63,826 nucleotides of DNA from Mustelus asterias (taxonomy: Eukaryota): positions 175 to 64,000 of the forward strand of contig NW_027591183.1 in NCBI RefSeq assembly GCF_964213995.1, written 5' to 3'. Position 1 is the stretch's first letter; each line of letters opens with the position of its first letter. The position numbers and the translations under genes were made by a program. Shown here in pieces: positions 12,411 through 24,051 of this stretch. The notes under the pieces are model-generated. The model saw nothing but the letters and a program-made list of their open reading frames with translations, had not been told where the DNA came from and ran no database searches.

Positions 12411-12777
12411 TATTTCTAATTAATTGTAGGTGTTATTGATGCATATGCCATCTCACAGGAACCGTTTTATGACAACGTTTGAAGGAGATTCGGTAATGAA
12501 TGATTTCAGCAATTCGACCACAGCTAATTCATATTGATTACAGCTGCACTGTCAGGATCAGGAAAAAGCCCCCACATTCTTGATCCACATCCCTAAATAT
12601 GGCGATGTTTTCAGACCAGACCAGAGGGAGTGGGGACTCAATTTTCTGCATCTATTAAAAATTGTCAATGTTATCAAGTTAACGGAATTGTTTGCAAGCA
12701 GTGGAAAAACAGATAAACGGGTGATTTCCAAATCCGTATCGCAAGCAAAGTGAAACTTATTCAATTTCGGAACTTGC

Positions 12778-12829
12778 CAGTTAAGTGCTCTGCAGCTGTG
12801 ACGATTTCTGCAAAGGTAACATTTAATAT
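12778..12829 (-). pseudogene. Orphan decayed leader exon of a V8-family gene
   Basis: 52 nt, the same length as the V8 leader. ILNVTFAEIVTAAEHLT aligns to MSPVTLSLFLTAAALLT; ATG>ATA and GT>GC donor. Matching promoter at ~14480-14630. Confidence 0.6.
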
Positions 12830-12857
12830 GTTCACAGAGCTGATGCTGGATCTGAAC

Positions 12858-14395
12858 GCCAGTTTAAAGTCCAACAGGGTTTATTTGGTAGCACAAGCTT
12901 TCGGAGTGTCGCTCCTTCTCCAGGTGAGTGAGGAGCTGTGTTCACAAACAGGGCATATACAGACACAAACTCAATTAAAACGATAATGGTTGGATTGCGA
13001 GCCTTTACAGGTAATCAAGTCTTAAATGTACAGATAACGTGAGTGGAGAGGGGGTTAAACACAGGTTAAAGAGATGTGTATTGTCTCCAGCCAAGACAGT
13101 TAGTGAGATTTTTCAAGCCCAGGCAAGTCGTAGGGGTTACAGATAGTGTGACATGAACCCAAGATCCCGGTTGAGGCCTTCCTCATGTGTGCGGAGCTTG
13201 GCTATCAGTTTTGCTCAGCGATTCTGCGTTGTCGTATGTCGTGAAGGACGCCATGGAGAACGCTTACCCAAAGATCAGAGGCTGAATGCCCGTGACTGCT
13301 GAAGTGTTCCCAACAGGAAGAGAACACTCCTGTCTGCTGATTGTTGAGCGGTGTTCATTCATCTGTTGTCGTAGCGTCTGCATGGTTTCCCCAATGTACC
13401 ATGCCTCGGGACATCCTTTCCTGCAGCGTATCAAGTAGATAATGTTGGTCGAGTCACAAGAATATGTACCGTGTACCTGGTGGATGCTGTTCTCACGTGA
13501 GATGATGGCATCCGTGTCGATGATCCGGCACATCTTGCAGAGGTTGCTATGGCAGGGTTGTGTGGTGTCGTGGTCACTGTTCTCCTGAAGGCTGGGTAGT
13601 TTGCTGCGGACAATGGTCTGTTTGAAGTTGTGCGGTTGTTTGAAGGCAAGAGGTGGGGTGTGGGGATGGCCTTGGTGAGATGTTCGTCTTCATTGACGAC
13701 ATGTTGAAGGCTCCGGAGAAGACGTCGTAGCTTCTCTGCTCCGGGGAAGTACTTGGCGACGAAGGGTACTCTGTCCGCCGTGTCCCGTGTTTGTTTTCTG
13801 AGGAGGCCGGTGCGGTTTTTCGCTGTGGCGCGCCGGAACTGTCGATCGATGAGTCGAGCGCTATATCTTGTTCCTATGGAGGGTGTCTTTCAGCATCTGT
13901 AGGTGTCTATTGCGATCCTCCTCATCCGAGCAGATCCTGTGTATTCGGAGGGCTTGTCCGTAGGGGATGGCTTCTTTAACATGTTTAGGGTGGAAGCTGG
14001 AGAAGTGGAGCATCGTGAGGTTATCCGTGGGCTTGCGGTACAGTGAAGTGCCGAGGTGACTGTCCTTAATTGAGATGCATGTGTCCAAGAATGCAACCGA
14101 TTCCGGAGAGTAGTCCATGGTGGCTGTCCTGTCTGGAGACAATACACATCTCTTTAGCCTGTCTTGATGCTCTCTCCACTCACATTGTTTGTATCTTAAA
14201 GACTTGATTGGCTGTAAGTATTCGCATTCCAACCATTATTCATGTAAATTGAGTTTGTGTCTTTATAAGCTCTGTTTGTGAACAGAATTCCCACTCACCT
14301 GAAGAAGGGGCTTGGAGCTCCGAAAGCTTGTGTGGCCTTTGCGACCAAATAAACCTGTTGGACTTTAACCTGGTGTTGTTAAACTTCTTACTGTA
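12858..14395 (-). mobile_element. Penelope-like element, 5'-truncated, with inverted pLTR
   Basis: RT C-terminus (FLD...LYRKPTD...HPKH...IPYGQALR) at 13861-14120. GIY-YIG endonuclease (NIIYLIRC...YIGET...L..NEH) at 13264-13533. Terminal segment 12858-13090 is repeated inverted at 14133-14395. Confidence 0.9.
14296..14332 (+). ncRNA. Minimal type I hammerhead ribozyme motif in the Penelope pLTR
   Basis: CAC-CTGAAGA-A-GGGGC/GCTCC stem II-GAAA-GC-TT-GTG. Confidence 0.65.
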
Positions 14396-15041
14396 AAAAC
14401 TAACAGACAGCAGTCTCGCCGAGCTGGTGCTGGATCTGAACTCAGTGAGTTCAAACTGTTTTAGTTCAGAGTTCAGAAGATGGTGAGTAATATCCGGCCT
14501 CACTGGCGATTGGTTCATTCCTGACAAAGAGCCAGCAGGAGGCACCCAATCAGCTCACAGCTTCTCTGTCCTACATTTCATCCAATCAGCTCAGAGAGTC
14601 TTTGTTCTCCAATGCATGACGTCAGAGCGAGGAGCCGGAACCATTCGAATCTGTTCTCAGACAATGAACTGGACTCGAAGAAGCGGAACGACCGAATGGT
14701 GATGTCGCTCTTTGACAAAGTGAGGGCATGGAAACGAATATTGGTCATTTTCCGGAGTTCATCTTTGAGATAAGACACAGATGGATCTTGGTTAACGTTG
14801 TGGCAACAGCGGCAGAGTTTTCCATTGGAAGAGTTGCTCCAAAGGGCTATAAAAATGGAATTTATATAGAATGGCACATTCAGCACCATGGAAAGAGAGC
14901 ATTCGGGCTAACTCTTCTTTATAATATTGTTTGTTAATATTAACAGTTTACAATCCAGCTCACAGATCCGATTCAGTGAGAGGAGGTGAGAGTGCCTTTG
15001 CAGGTTTTTGTACGGGCTGACTGTGTCTCTGTAACAGTGTG

Positions 15042-15479
15042 GGGCTCAGCGCACAGTGATACACGGCACAGTCAGAGACATGGACACCGGTGATTGTTAA
15101 AGGAACTGTTTTCTTGTCCTTGTCCAAATCAGCAGAAAACCGGTCAGGGAAATCTGGAGACTTTTCTCCGCCACCCGTGCCATATTTCTGCAGTAAATAT
15201 CTCGGAGCTTCCCCGGGATACTGGATGTACCAGAAGAGATTTGGAAAAGCATTTTTTGCTGTGTAATTACAATTCACTGTTACGTTCAATCCTTCCTGAA
15301 CCGTTAATTCAGCCGGGTCCTGGGAAACTGAATCTTGGCCATTGATTCCTGCAACAAAATGTAGAATGTGTGAGAAATCTGTGAACAAATATAACCCATG
15401 AAACACACACTGAGGATTTGAGCTCAGACTCACCGGGCAGCGTGGCCATTATTATCAGTAAAGCACACAGGGAACACAT
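15042..15479 (-). CDS. TRAV: V5: TCR alpha/delta V segment, apparently functional
   Basis: Leader 15479-15434 (MCSLCALLIIMATLP), 85-bp intron, V exon 15348-15042 ending DCAVYHCALSP. RSS CACACTG-23-ACAAAAACC at 15041-15003. CRE at ~15633. Confidence 0.95.
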
Positions 15480-15647
15480 GGTTCCTGATAGGACAGTAAG
15501 CAGCGACAATGTTTACAATAAGTTGCTGCCTCGAGTCTTATATCACAGAGTCAACTCAGATCAGAGGCAGCTTCTATTATTAGGAAACTGGGAGGCGTTT
15601 CTCAGTGCTGCGATTGGCTCATCTCCCTGAGCTGACGTCAGCTGCGA

Positions 15648-16505
15648 ATCATAAAATCCCTACAGTGCAGAAGGAGGCCATTCGTCCCATCGAGTCTGTA
15701 CCGGTCACAATCCCACCCAGGCCCCACTCCCGCAACTCCGTGTATTTACTTTACCTGAGACTCGGGTCAATTTAGAATGGCCAAGCAACCCAACCTGCAC
15801 ATCTTTGGACTGTGGGAGGAATCAGCAGCAGCCGAAGGGGACCCACGTCGACACGGGGAGAACATGCAAACTTCATACAGAAAGTGATCCGAAGCCGGAA
15901 TTGAACCCGGGTCCCTGACACTGTGAGACAGCAGCGCTGACCCTTGTGGCATCATGCCGCCCCGTAACCAGTGAAGCAATCACTGTTAGTTAATGATTTA
16001 ATATAGCTGGCACTTTCCAATCACATTCCTTCCCTGGCCGTAAACGTATTTCTAAGTTCCTTGCTCTCTCTCTGCTCTCTCCCACATAACCAGTTATTCT
16101 GTCTCATTAACTGGTGAACTCGCTTTCCTCAGAACTCAGTCCATCAATCTTTCTGAAGGCAGATCCTTTTTTTCTAATTCAGGTGAAAAGTGAAACTAAT
16201 TTAATCATTTATGGGTGACACGGTGGCGCAGTGGTTAGCATTGCTGCCTCACAGCCCCAGGGACGCAGGTTCGATTCCAGCCTCGGGTCACTGTCTCTGT
16301 GGAGTTTGCACTTTCTCCCCGTGTCTGCGTGGGTTTCCTCAGGTGCTCCAGTTTCCTTCCACACTCCTAAACTGTGCAGGTTTGCTGGATTGGCCACGCA
16401 AGATTGCCTTTAGTGTCAGGGGATAGCAGGTTAAATATGTGGGTTACGGGGATAGGGCCTGGGTGGGATTGTTGTCGGGACAGGCTCGTTGATCCTAATG
16501 GCCAT
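15648..16505. mobile_element. Two HE1-type SINEs (15648-15963 on -, 16213-16505 on +)
   Basis: V-SINE head and core as in 1068-1409. Confidence 0.85.
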
Positions 16506-16591
16506 GACTCAACATAATCAATAGTTAGTGCTGTAAGTGTACCGGGGATAAGTCGTCACTCAACTCTGCACCAGGAAATATTTCACGGACT

Positions 16592-17060
16592 CATAACATA
16601 GAAACTAGAAGCAGGAGCCTTCTCCGCCAATCATCGTAATCATGGCTGATCATGGAATTCAATATCCTGATCCCCCTTCCCCCTCGCCCATATCCCTCGA
16701 CCCCTTTAGCCCCAAGAGCTATATCAAATTTCTTCTTGAAATCAGACAACGTTTTGGCCTCAACTACATTCGGTGGTACTGAATTCCATGCATTCAACAC
16801 TCTCTGGATGAAGGAATTTCCCTTCACCTCAGTTTATCCCTTACCTTCAAAAGATGACGCCTAGTTCTGGATTCCACCATTGGGAACAGTCTCCTGAATC
16901 CACCCTGTCTAACCCTGTTAGAATTTTATAAGTTTCTATGAGATCCCCTCACACTGATCGAAACCCCAGTGAATATAATCCTAACGGATTTAATCTCTCC
17001 TCATATGACAGAGCTGCCATCCCAGGAATCAGCATGGTAAATCTTCACTGTACCCCTCTA
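16592..17060 (-). mobile_element. CR1 LINE 3' fragment
   Basis: ORF F.QRVLNAWNSVP..VVEAKTLSDFKKKFD followed by the 3' tail. Confidence 0.8.
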
Positions 17061-17488
17061 TTCCCCAAATAGAAAAGCTCTGATTTCAAGCAGTTATTAT
17101 TTCTGCTCCACGGACTTGAAAATGGGACAATTCTGAGGCAGCATTTGACAATAGATCACTTTTAAAATGTGTTGCCTGGCAGATAGGCACCGAATCCAGA
17201 ATCTTTCTAAGTACAGATTAAGGAAGTTATTCACCCGGGATAATCTGCAGATTTTGTGCGGATGGGGTCGGAGAATGGTTGGATTTGATCCGGGAATAAT
17301 AGGACGGCAAATGTGACATTTCACAACACTGACAATGGCTGAGCTCAGTGGGGGAATATTATTCAGCTGGGGCTGTATTGTGGCCTTCATTTTCTGCGCA
17401 TTTTCGTTGAGATCCGACTCTTTTTCTCTGACCCTGAAACGTCTGCGTCACTTTTTGTCTGAGGCCCGCGGGAGCCTCACTCACTGTG

Positions 17489-17959
17489 GGTCTCAGTGCA
17501 CAGTAATACACGGCGCTGTCTCTCATCTTCAAATCTTTCATGGACAAGTGAAAAGTGCTTTGTGTCTGGTTGAGATTCCCGCTGAAGTGTCCAAAGCCGG
17601 GAGCCGTATCGGTAAACCCATAACTATTGGCTCTGAGCAGATACTGAGGAGCTCGGTGTGGATACTGGCGATACCAGAACAGGTGATGCTGTATAACTGA
17701 ACTCGGCACAGAGTAACTGCAGGGTATTGCTGAATCTTCACCCTCTGCTGCTTCAACTCCTGGTTCTGACTGGAACACTGAGTCTCCATTACTCATCTCT
17801 GAAAATAAACAGCGGACGCACAGCGGGTTAGGAGTCAGAGGAAGACGATAGTCACACAGCGCTGGGAAAGGGAAATTGCACAAGGTTTGCAATATACTTT
17901 ACAATCTGTGACCAGAATCACTGACCTGGGATCAGTGCAATAACTAGAATCAGGAACAT
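17489..17959 (-). CDS. TRAV: V6: TCR alpha/delta V segment; open, with a short leader from a downstream ATG
   Basis: Leader MFLILVIALIP at 17959-17926 (the position of the paralogue's start, 17971, is CTG). V exon 17798-17489 ending DSAVYYCALRP. RSS CACAGTG-23-ACAAAAAGT at 17488-17450. Confidence 0.88.
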
Positions 17960-18279
17960 TTTCACCCCCAGCGTTCCAGTCTGAGCTCCAGAAACGGAAA
18001 CAATGATCTCTCTCTGTACCGGACCTGGAATGTGAGAAGTTGAAAGAGTCAACAAGGTGTGGTGCGATTGGCTGGGGTTTATTTCCCCACCCATTTTTAT
18101 ATCTGCAAATAGTCACTCTCTGCAGAAGGCAACTGTGATGTTCGGTAAGTGATCAGAGAGCGCCCTCCCGTGGACATTACAACCGCATTGGGAACAGACG
18201 CAGAAACAAGAGCCCAGATATCCACACGCCGAGAAATATAAAGACCCAGAAATACCCAGTACAGCTACAACACGGACAC

Positions 18280-18910
18280 GAGGAACAATTCGCTCCACAT
18301 CCACACCGTTAATACCCCTTATGGTTTTAAAGGTTTCAATTAAGTTATCTCTGAGTCTTCGAAACTCAAGTGGATACAAACCCAACATCAATATTCTTAC
18401 CGCGGATACAGATAACCCGCACGTACCTGGATACTATTATAGCAAACCTTCTCTGAACGTTTTTTAACGCATTACCATCTTTCTTTAGATAAGGAGATAC
18501 GTATTGTCCGCAATACTCCAGGTGTGGTCTCACCAATGCCCCGTACAACGGAAACATACCCTTCCTATTTTATAATAGATCCCCTCGTAGTGAATGATCA
18601 TATTTTATGACTTTTTTAATTAATTACTATACCTGTACCTTAGCCCCTTTCGATTCGTGCCCTAGGACAGCCCAGTCCCTCTGTACCTCAGAATTTTGTA
18701 ATCTTTCACCGTTTAAATATTAAGTGTATTTTATATTCATCCTGCCAATATGGACATTTTCACATTTGACCACATTATACTCAATTTGGCGGAGCTTTGC
18801 CAATTCACTTAACCTACTTATGTTTCTTTATCGTATCCTTACACGCACTTTATCATTTATCGTCCTACCTATCTTTGTGTTGTCTGCAAATTTAGCATCC
18901 ATATCTGCTC
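18280..18910 (-). mobile_element. Decayed CR1 LINE RT/3' fragment
   Basis: LYGALVRPHLEYC.Q..SPYLKKD motif. Confidence 0.8.
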
Positions 18911-20472
18911 TGTAAATATTACAGTGTATTCTAACAATTAATCCAGTTCTCCTTGATTACTGCTCTGCTACATATCATCGTGTATTCCAACAATTAAAGC
19001 AGAGTTCTCCTGCATTACTGCTCTCTATCCTTTAACCGGGTAATTGAATAATTCATCCTGTTCTCTTGGATTGTGGCTCCCCAACATATCAATGTGTTAT
19101 GGAACCTGCTCCTGAAACAGTGAACACAAAAACACGGTGAGGGATCGCCCTCTGGTGGTGATGTGAGGTAAATGGGAGATCAGTGAATTCTCAGATTACT
19201 GAAGGATCTTGTTGCAGGATTTTGCTGCTGTATTTTTTCTTGTTCTCATGATTCTTATTATAATATACTTAAATTCAGGTGGACCCATGCACGGAACTAA
19301 TACGAACTTCAGTCTGAATCCTCATCAATTAATTGCTTTATCTGTTTTGAGTGTTCCAGGCCTTTCTGTTAAACTATATTCGTGTTACAACATTTGAAAC
19401 CACAGCAATACTGCTAAGATTCGAACTCTCAATAAAGTTCTCTCCACACATCGAAAGGATGTAAATTTGACTCCAACCTCACATTTATCTGACAGATTGT
19501 CGGATTTCAGTGCACCTGCTTCAAGTTTAAACTTTCCTCAGAGTTGTCATGATGATATTTTGGCTAACACATCAGCTGTCCCCTAATGGGGCTTGGGGAA
19601 TTTATTGAAAGAGGAGACTGGGAGAAATTGCATGTTCTAAATTCTGCACGTTGCTGGAAAACGGTTGAGGGAGAGAGGGGCTTTGAGACACAGAGATAGG
19701 AGACAGACATTAGCCGCCAAAATATTGAGAGTGCAGGATGGACACCGAGGTGAACAGAGAACCAGAGGCGCAGAGAAAGACAGGCAGGGGCAGGTAAAGT
19801 TATTGGGCTACAACCAATGTTGTTCGGTGGCCAATTCTTGACAACACTGAGAAACAAGCCAATCCTGTCATTGGGTAACGCCTCTTAGTCCCCCAATAAA
19901 TGAGGACTGCCCATGATATAAAATTACTTCTTCACATCAGAGTACAAGAGTTGACATAATTTTACAATTCTGCTGATTTTGTGGAATTTTTAACTTGCAA
20001 CTATACTAAAAATACATTTACAGTTCCTTAACTCACGCTTCAACCTTTGATGACATTTTCTTGCCTGTGTGAATTATTGTGCAGCACTTTCCCCATCTTC
20101 ACTCTCCTTTTCAAGGTCTCTTTGATCAAAGGGTCTATCTGATCAGAGTATTTTGCTGCCTAAGGGACAGCTTATATTGGCATATACATTTCGCAAGGTT
20201 GTCATTGTGCTATTTAAAACAATCACTGAGAACAGGTTGCCATCAATGTTCATTCTCATTTTGAATGTCTGTCAAATGTTTTCTGACACAATTCACAACC
20301 CAGTGTTTCTCTGTTACAATAATCAGACCAGCGACTTCATCCCCACCCCTGGCCCCCAACAATGTAGCGATTTTCCTCACAAGCACACTGATTATATCTC
20401 AGCTTGGGATATTTCTGCTCACTGAAATCCAGGTCTCCTGCAACAGGACTAAAAACACCACTGCGACACATG

Positions 20473-21150
20473 TTTTTTTTTAATTTCAAAAATATACTTT
20501 ATTCACAAAAAAAAACTCTCCAATAAAACATTGCAAAATGACAGATCCAAAAGTCATAAACAGTGCAAAAAAGAATCATTTTTACAGTACAATACAGTGC
20601 TTATTTACAAAAACATTACATTTTGTTATATTTCATTTCTTAAAACTATATACATGTGTCCGAGTTTACTGTGTGCCGTTATTTTTCAGGTTGGCACACA
20701 GTTATGCAGGCCGAGGGTATTCTGCAGTTACCCGGCCCTCGGTCTGCCTCGGTTGAGACGCTTTACACGGTGGCCTTTCCCCATTGTGCCTTGGCGGCGG
20801 CTGCCCCAAGCTTGAGCGTGTCCTGAGCACCTAGTCCTGGACCTTGGAATGTGCCAGTCTGCAACACTCGGTCGAGGACAATTCTTTCAGCTGGAAGATC
20901 AGCAAGTTTCGGGCGGACCAAAGCGCGTCCTTCACCGAGTTGATGACCCTCCAGCAGCAGTTGATGTTTGTTTCGGTGTGCGTCCCCGGAAACAGCCCGT
21001 AGAGCACAGAGTCCTGCGTCACCGAGCTGCCCGGGACGAACCGCGACAAATACCACTGCATCTCACTCCAGACCTTCTTTGCAAAGGCACATTCCACAAG
21101 GAGGTGTGCGAGCGTCTCATCAGCCCCGCAGCCGCTTCGAGGGCAGCGTG
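20473..21150 (-). mobile_element. 5'-truncated Tx1/L1-clade non-LTR retrotransposon
   Basis: C-terminal Zn finger CPRSGCGADETLAHLLVEC...W.ARN, 3' UTR with AATAAA and an A-tail. Absent from the paralogous site at ~38100. Confidence 0.85.
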
Positions 21151-22588
21151 TACGTAAGCTGAGAGGATCCAGTGACACTATAGCAGTTTAATGCGAGTGC
21201 GGATTGGAACGAGGTTTTACTTGCTTCAACTTCCCTTTTACAGAGAGAACAGCGACAATGTGGGAAGGCAGCAACTGGGTGTTCTGGGGGTGGGGAGGGG
21301 GAATTTCAGATAGGCAATTGTGGAATAAACACATTTAAAGTAATTTCCCAATCGCGATTTCAGTCTAAAGTTTAAACACACTCCGATATGATTGATTCGT
21401 GTTTGAACATGTATTTCAGATCTGAGTCCTGGAAATTATGTCACTTACTTATTGTCCTCAAATGATGAGACAGAAACAGAAGTAGTTTTTTTTTCAAGTT
21501 TCAAACATGATATTGCAAGGATTGTCTTTGTTTTATTCTGGAACTCACTGATCAATATCAGCTTTATGATATTGAACTGCGCTCGCAGGAAGTCTTACTC
21601 ATGTTTGCAGACAATCGTGAAACAAACAACAGCAACAGCACCGGTCAGGCAGCCAAACCTCTCCATCTCCAGCTGGAGAAATTGGACTCTGAAGAGATGA
21701 TCCGAATAAGGACTCACTTACGGAATTTATGATGGAAACCAATCCAACCCCGCACTTTGCATTGTGTTCGGGAGCTCCTGTCTGTTGGATTGTAAAATAG
21801 TAATTGCTTAACGTTGCAAAGCCAATGCGCAGAGCGGACTGGCCAAGCCAGAATCCATCTCCTAATTGCCCCCAAAACCAATTCAAATTGAATCTAATTC
21901 ATGGTCCTCGCAAAAAATCCAAGCTGACATGAAAGAGCATCGCACCAGATCTTGGGCTCGATTTGATGCTTGATCCGAGCCCAAAGACCGAGGTGCCTGC
22001 TTTCTGTTTTAGTTATATCCAATCAAAAACCGAATTGGTCCACTCAAAGGTCGCTGCAAGAGAGACATTGCAGATCGAAGCTGACAACACAGGGCCCATT
22101 CTTCCAGTCTTGGGCTTGATTAACAACATCCTAGCTGATTGGAGTAGGTATTATATTCCTTCCTGTGCTTGACCTGAGCTTCATCTTAGCAAAAGGCCCA
22201 GATGGCGTTTTATTAAAAATTGATTCAAACGAAACCTCGATGTAACCTTATTGATTTCTATCAAGTGCAGGATTAGCAAATTACACTCGATGTTAGACAA
22301 TGGCTAGAATCTGGATAGATACAGCCACTGTGAGCAGTGCTGTTCTCAGCCGCATAAAACACACACCCAGCGGGAACCACATTAACCTCGGACTAAACAT
22401 TCACCCATTTTTATTCCAGTCATGACTGAGAAAATTAACTGCAGAATCCGATCAGACCGGCAGATCCGCCATCAAATCAGTTTACAGGTTAAACCAGTTT
22501 CTGATCAGTTGTAAATTCCCACAAACTCAGGGCTGGATATTCAGATCAGCTCCGGGAGAGATGTTTCTGTCCCTCAGACCAGACCCAC

Positions 22589-22707
22589 TGACGTCAAAGG
22601 GCTGCATGGTGACGCCGCACATGCCCGCATTCTGACGTCACAGTGCCGGATACTCTGATGTCACAATGTCTGTTGCTCTGACGTCACAATGCGGGACGCT
22701 CTGACCC
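22589..22707 (+). promoter_or_regulatory. Tandem CRE (TGACGTCA) array upstream of V7
   Basis: Perfect or variant CREs at 22589, 22610, 22633, 22656, 22679 and 22702. Confidence 0.75.
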
Positions 22708-22916
22708 TTGCGCACGCTCCTCCCCCACACCCTATCGATGCTGGAGCTCCCTCACTATTTCACTCCCTGATCAAAAGTCCCAGAGATCCAGCTCTGGTCG
22801 CGAGAGTATAACTGGTGTTGGGCTCAGATTCATGTCCAATAGCTTTGCGTTCCCAGGAGCTTTTCCTGTCCTGAGATCTTTCTACAACTGTTTTACAAGT
22901 GTCGATAGGATCCGAC

Positions 22917-23435
22917 ATGAAGCTCAGCTTCGCTTCAGTGATCATCTCCCTGGATTTCTTACTCTTCCCTCAGTGTAAGTGTGGTCGCTATTTCTGACAG
23001 CGATATTTCACACATTAGCAATGCTATGTTCTGTTAAATAGTATTCTGTTTTGTTGTGTTATCTTGTATTATGCATTCAATTGTACTTCATTGTGCAACA
23101 TTGTATTGCAGTATGAGATTTTAATTTTATGATGTTGTTGCATATCTACATATCCTTCCCAGATGCCGCTGGTAGTGAAGAGGTATCACAGTCCCCAGAG
23201 TCTGTGGTGGTTACCGAGGGAGACCTAGCATCGTTGAACTGTTCCACTACAGCAGCTGGACTGGTCCTACAATGGTACAGACAATACCCGGACCGAACCG
23301 TGCAGCACCTGGTGAGCGGTACCAGCGATCAGGGCAGGATCAGGGCTCGGAACATTGTTGCAGAGAAACGCAGCGTTCTGAGTGTCGGCGACACTCGGGT
23401 GACAGACACTGCTACCTATTTCTGTGCGGTGGGCG
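22917..23435 (+). CDS. TRAV: V7: TCR alpha-type V segment with a very short CDR2, apparently functional
   Basis: Leader 22917-22974. V exon 23163-23435 (EVSQSP...LNC...LQWYRQ...DTATYFCAVG). RSS CACAGTG-23-ACAAAAACC at 23436-23474. Confidence 0.95.
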
Positions 23436-23676
23436 CACAGTGTTGTAAAGATCAATACGAGTCGTACAAAAACCGATAGAGGAGCAGTCCTGACAGTTTG
23501 CCGCCTGTGCTTCATCAAAGAGATAGACATTTTATAAACTTTATTGTAGTAAATCCACTGAAACAACACAGCCCTCCAAATCTATAGCAAATCATTTCCT
23601 TCGCAAGCCGTATCGGGAGATATCAGCAGAAGTAGTCGTGTTTCATAAGTCATTTGCATCTGTTTGCGATTTTCTG

Positions 23677-23748
23677 GGTTCTGTGGTGTAATGGGTATTA
23701 CTCTTGACTTTGAATCCAGCGATCTGAGTTCAAATCTCCGCAGGACCT
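23677..23748 (+). tRNA. tRNA-Gln(TTG)-like gene, divergent and possibly pseudo
   Basis: 72 nt. Acceptor stem GGTTCTG/CAGGACC fully paired, A box TGGTGTAATGG, anticodon loop CT-TTG-AA, B box GAGTTCAAATC, TTTT downstream. One mismatch each in the anticodon and T stems. Confidence 0.8.
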
Positions 23749-24051
23749 TGCTTTTCTTTGTCAATGCCGATGATTGCTTTGCTGAAGGACATTCCGCTTA
23801 AAGTTTTCACCAAGTGCGAATCGAGAGGACAGTTTGCCAGCCTATTCCACTGCTATTACAATGCACATTGCTGGGCCTCTGTCGACAGATGCCCGCAACA
23901 TCAGTGTTTCTCTTTCTCATTTTCACTCCTCTTTAACGCTCTGTCGATAGAAAGGAGCAGTTGGTGTCAAACAGCAACAACCCTTATTGACCAAGAATGT
24001 GTATGTGTGAGATCTGAGTGAAAGACCTCCTGCCTTATACTGGCGCCTGTT

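Larger units (their letters stand above)
14868..19988. repeat. ~5.1 kb segmental duplication, direct copy at 55152-60335; carries V5+V6 / V19+V20
   Basis: Near-identical sequence at an offset of ~40.3 kb, including shared SINE and CR1 insertions. Confidence 0.95.
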
